This document shows positions 59,505 through 64,000 of a DNA stretch of 64,000 bases, in pieces. The stretch spans positions 1,736,001 to 1,800,000 of the forward strand of contig MU008161.1 in assembly GCA_010909165.1 (NCBI GenBank), in the 5' to 3' direction. Below the pieces are notes generated by a model. That model saw only the letters and a program-made list of their open reading frames with translations. It made no database searches and had not been told where the DNA came from. Each line of letters starts with the position of its first letter. The stretch's first letter is position 1. The translations under genes were made by a program, and so were the position numbers. The stretch is from Anthoceros angustus. Taxonomy: Eukaryota; Plantae; Anthocerotophyta.

Positions 59505-60858
59505 ATGTTGATTAGGATAAGGAGTCGCGATGGTCTGGAGCGGGTGAATTTGGATTCGACTGCCGCTGTCCACGATCTGCAAAGTGCCATTGCAGAGAAT
59601 TTGAAGGTGCCCGTCTCGAACCAGGTCATCTCAAGAAATCAGGCGCTGTTGCTGTCCAAAGACTTCAATTCAGCTGCTGCGCACAAGGATCTGGGGGATA
59701 AGTCGGCTTCTCTCGCATCCTTGGGAATTGCAAATGGAGCCATGGTGTTTCTGTACTATACCGGGGAGCGGGTGGTCGCGGGGCCGACTGTCAGTCCTGC
59801 TGGGATCTTCGGCAAGAAGATGACTATGGACGATCTGATAGCCAGGCAGACCCGGATTGAGAGGCAAGAGAAGCCGCACTGCTCCTCCCTGTCCTTTGAC
59901 CGGGATGCTGCCAATTCCTTTCAACATTATGTGCATGAAAGCCTCGCTTTTTCGATCAAGCGGGGAGGGTTCATGTACGGGACTGTGAGCGAGGGAGGGG
60001 ATCTGTCCGTGGAGTTTATATACGAGCCACCGCAGCAAGGCAGCGAGGAGAGCTTGCTGTTGCTAAGGGATCCCGAGGAGGAAAGGCATGCGGACACTAT
60101 CGCAGCCGGTCTGGGGATGCAACGTTTAGGGTTTATCTTCACCCAGACCGTGAGCCAGAACAAACGGGATTACACCCTCTCCAACGGAGAAGTGCGGCAG
60201 GCTGTTGAACTCCATGCTGAAAGTAGCCTCCCAGGATGGGCAACGGCAATTGTCAAGCTGGAAGTCAACGAGGATGGTGCAGCTGATGTGCACTTTGAGG
60301 CATTCCAGCTGAGTGACCAGTGTGTGAAGCTGTTTAGGGAGAATTGGTTCGATGATGCAGTTGAAGGGGTGGATGCCAAGAACACAAGGATGAAGAAGGA
60401 TGTCGTCATAGCCGGGAAGGACACTCGTGATGTGGACAACGACTTTTTCCTTGTTCCTGTCAAAATTCTCGATCATCAGGTTGGTTTTCCCACACAGTCC
60501 ACTAATTTCCTGCCTCCTCCTACACCTAGCTGAGGTCTTGTTGCAAACTTGTCCGCTCACAACCTGCTGTGGGATATTGTCTGTCTTGCAGGGAACACTG
60601 TCATGCTCATTTCCAGTCGAGAACAGGTTACCGACTCCCACCTTGCAGTCCTTGAAGGCACATTTGGACCGAAACAAAAGCTTACCGTATGTGAAGAAGA
60701 TCTCGGACTTCCATCTGCTGCTCCTGCTGTCAAACTACCTGGACGTGAACACGGATGTCCCTCAGTTGGCTGAGGCAGTCCGCACTGGGAGCTCTGTCCC
60801 AGATGGCTACCAACTTATCATAGACTCCTTCGCAAGCAACTTCAGCCAATTCGGTTAG
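59505..60858 (+). CDS. NPL4: NPL4-like protein (CDC48/p97 cofactor); two exons
   Basis: MLIRIRSRDGLERV, KKMTMDDLIARQ, FSIKRGGFMYG, VEFIYEPPQQG; exon 59505-60479, GT-AG intron, exon 60592-60858 (SFPVENR, ISDFHLLL). Confidence 0.92.
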
Positions 60859-61243
60859 CCCTACGTAGGTGTACAAAATGTATGTATTAATTGACCCTGT
60901 CGCTGACAACGGTAGCCGAATAGAATATGCCACGGTCGAGAATTCCTGGCGCACCTAAAATCAATATTACACGAAATGTCTGTTCGTCCATTCCTTAGCC
61001 CGCCACCGTCTCCGCTGATGCCGCCGCGATCGGATTGCGATAAGCCTGCTCTCTCGGCGGTGCTAATATGTTGCCCATCTCCCGCGTTGCGTACGCCGGA
61101 ATTTTGTGCATCTCTCCAGGACCAGGAGAGGATCGTGTGGCCTGGACTGTGCACCGGTGTGGAAGCGAGGGCGGGAGCCGGAGTGTGAAGCAGAGGTGGT
61201 GATTCTGCTCAAGGCTGGTAGCCCAGTTGCACGGCTCGCCAAG

Positions 61244-62934
61244 ATGCCAGCTCCGGTCGTGGACGATGCCTACAGGAAGGCCATCGAGGCGGCTCGTCGT
61301 GACCTGCGGGCTTTCATTGCCGAGAAGAATTGTGCTCCCATCATGCTCCGTTTAGCGTGAGTGGCTTGTGCCAGGGATGGCTCATGTTTTGTAGTGTGGC
61401 ATGGGGATTTGCTGTGGGCGCGCATTCCGAATTCTGGCTAGGTTTGATGGAGTTGCACGCTGGCAATTGAAATTGCGTTGCTTGGAAGGTGGCACGATGC
61501 GGGCACTTACGACGTCAAGACCAAGACTGGCGGTCCGAATGGCTCCATCCGTAGTGAGCGGGAGTACACGCACGGAGCCAATAACGGGCTCAAGATCGCT
61601 ATCGATTTTTGCGGTAACGATTTGTTGTGTTGTTTGAGGTTTTGCATCTTTGCGAGGATTGTCTTCATTGTAATGCCCGCCGAAACGGGTGCTCAGCTCG
61701 TGAGTGGATGGTGAGATGTTGCTATTGCAGAGCAAGTGAAGAGGAAGTACCCGAATGTCACTTATGCTGATATCTACCAGGCATGGAATTGCTGCCCGTG
61801 TTGAGTTTTTCTGGCCACTGTGTGCACGAAGAGATTTTGTCTTGAGGATCGTTGGGCGAGAAATTACGGTTGTTTCACCTAGATGATGTTGGCTTTTGCT
61901 GCAGCTGGCTGGGGTGGTGGCTGTGGAGATTACCGGGGGTCCGATAATTGATTTTGCCTATGGCCGGAGGGTAAGTAAGCTATGATGACCAAACCTGTGG
62001 CTTGTGCCAAACGTGCGGCAGCTTGCCCTTCTCACAAATCCTCACGTGTCAGGACTCGCTTGCGGTACCACCCGAGGGCCGGCTTCCCAATGCAACAGAA
62101 GGTAGTTTGCGCTTTTGCAGCTTGCGGTCATGTCATTTCTTTTGTTTGAGCAGACTTGTGAACCCCGTCGAGCTCCTCTCCGTTACAGGTTCCGCACATC
62201 TACGGGATGTTTTCTACAGAATGGGTCTTAGTGACCAGGATATTGTTGCACTTTCGGGAGCTCACACCCTCGTAAGAAGTCTGGTCGTTGTTCCTTGGTA
62301 TTCTTGCCGAGAAAGTGGTTCTGCCTGTGAGTCTAAGGCATCAATCATCTTGTTCCGTGGGTTCAGGGAAGAGCCCACAAAGACAGATCAGGGTTCGAAG
62401 GACCTTGGACTGAGCACCCTCTGAAGTTTGACAACAGTTACTTCCAGTAAGGCAATATTCACTTCCCATGGTGTAGTTGGTGCAGGGCATATGAGTTCTA
62501 AGATGAGAACGTCTTCGGCCTGATCTGGACAGGGAACTGCTTGATGGGGAGACAGGGGAGTTGCTACAGCTACCCACCGACAAAAGCCTAGTTGAGGATT
62601 CCGCTTTCAGAGTATTTGTAGAGCTTTATGCCAAGGTAGGTACCTCGCCCACCAACTTTTTTATGAGTTGATAGGTCTCGTCGCCATTCCTACTGATCCT
62701 TGCCTGGTATAGGACGAGGAGGCCTTCTTCAGAGACTATGCCGTGTCCCACAAGAAACTCTCTGAGCTCGGCTGCAAGGATACATCACCAGCCTTTGCTG
62801 GACAGGCTCGCTCAGGCGACACTGTGAGCCCATCTGTCGTTTTGGGGCAGGCCGGGTTCGGAGTCCTGACTGCGGTTGCGGTTGTGGTGCTGAGCTACTT
62901 GTACGAGGCCGGTAGAATAGTCGGCAAGAAGTAG
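61244..62934 (+). CDS. APX3: Ascorbate peroxidase, peroxisomal/membrane-anchored APX3 type; nine exons
   Basis: [66 protein letters not shown] and a C-terminal TM tail. Exons start at 61244, 61489, 61731, 61905, 62053, 62189, 62367, 62533 and 62713. Confidence 0.93.
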
Positions 62935-63193
62935 ATCACCACCTGCAGCAGAAGCCATTGTTGTCCTCAAAACTATTGATGGATGTCCCTGACGATTGTT
63001 AGTAAAGTTCGTGAAGTGCCTGTGCCTTTCCTGATTTGGTGAGTTTGTGACTCGGAAAGTAGTCGATCCATCAACGCAAAGTATACATACCGATACAGGT
63101 GGCTGGACACGCATTTGCATCCTTCCATGCCCCCGGCTAAGATTGAACAGCGAGCCATACGCGAAACAGGTGGAGGTCTCATTTAGGGCTAGC

Positions 63194-63201
63194 TAGGGTT
63201 T
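63194..63201 (-). promoter_or_regulatory. Telo-box (AAACCCTA) upstream of NAC-alpha
   Basis: TAGGGTTT about 110 bp before the ATG; typical of plant translation-machinery genes. Confidence 0.5.
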
Positions 63202-63234
63202 AGAGCTGATTCAGGGTTTTATCCACTCGCCTAG

Positions 63235-63930
<696 letters not shown>

Positions 63931-64000
63931 AGCAGGGTTGGATTACTCATCTTCTTTCCTGTCGTAGCGTAGGACATACTGGAGGAGGCGACCGTGGGAA

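Overview
Eukaryotic nuclear DNA from a compact-genome, non-seed land plant. This is inferred from 80-130 bp introns, dense plant genes and a Ure2p-like GST; a hornwort/bryophyte is my best guess, not proven. 1) 65-15638: a minus-strand, gag-only LTR retroelement arranged LTR-I-LTR-I-LTR, with TGTGGAA...TTCCACA LTR termini and a GTGTG target-site duplication. It sits inside a GC-rich repeat element that continues to about 17.8 kb. 2) 22.4-44.4 kb: a host gene block containing an SMOS1/WRI-type AP2 factor, a double B-box-DUF2786 fusion gene, a Ure2p/Nu-class GST, SEC6, a C2-lipase, a DUF579 gene, a small plastid membrane protein, an AT-rich OTU protease and cytochrome-b5 reductase. Several of these normally intron-rich genes are intronless here. 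3) 47.2-56.3 kb: a Ty3/Gypsy element whose frameshifted pol carries a cytosine-5 DNA methyltransferase domain between protease and RT, and a PHD finger after integrase. This chromatin writer-plus-reader retrotransposon is the most interesting item. 4) 59.5-64 kb: NPL4, peroxisomal-type APX and NAC-alpha. Frameshifts are confined to repeats while single-copy genes are clean, which suggests many are long-read consensus errors. Domain assignments come from my own translation and motif recognition; no searches were run.
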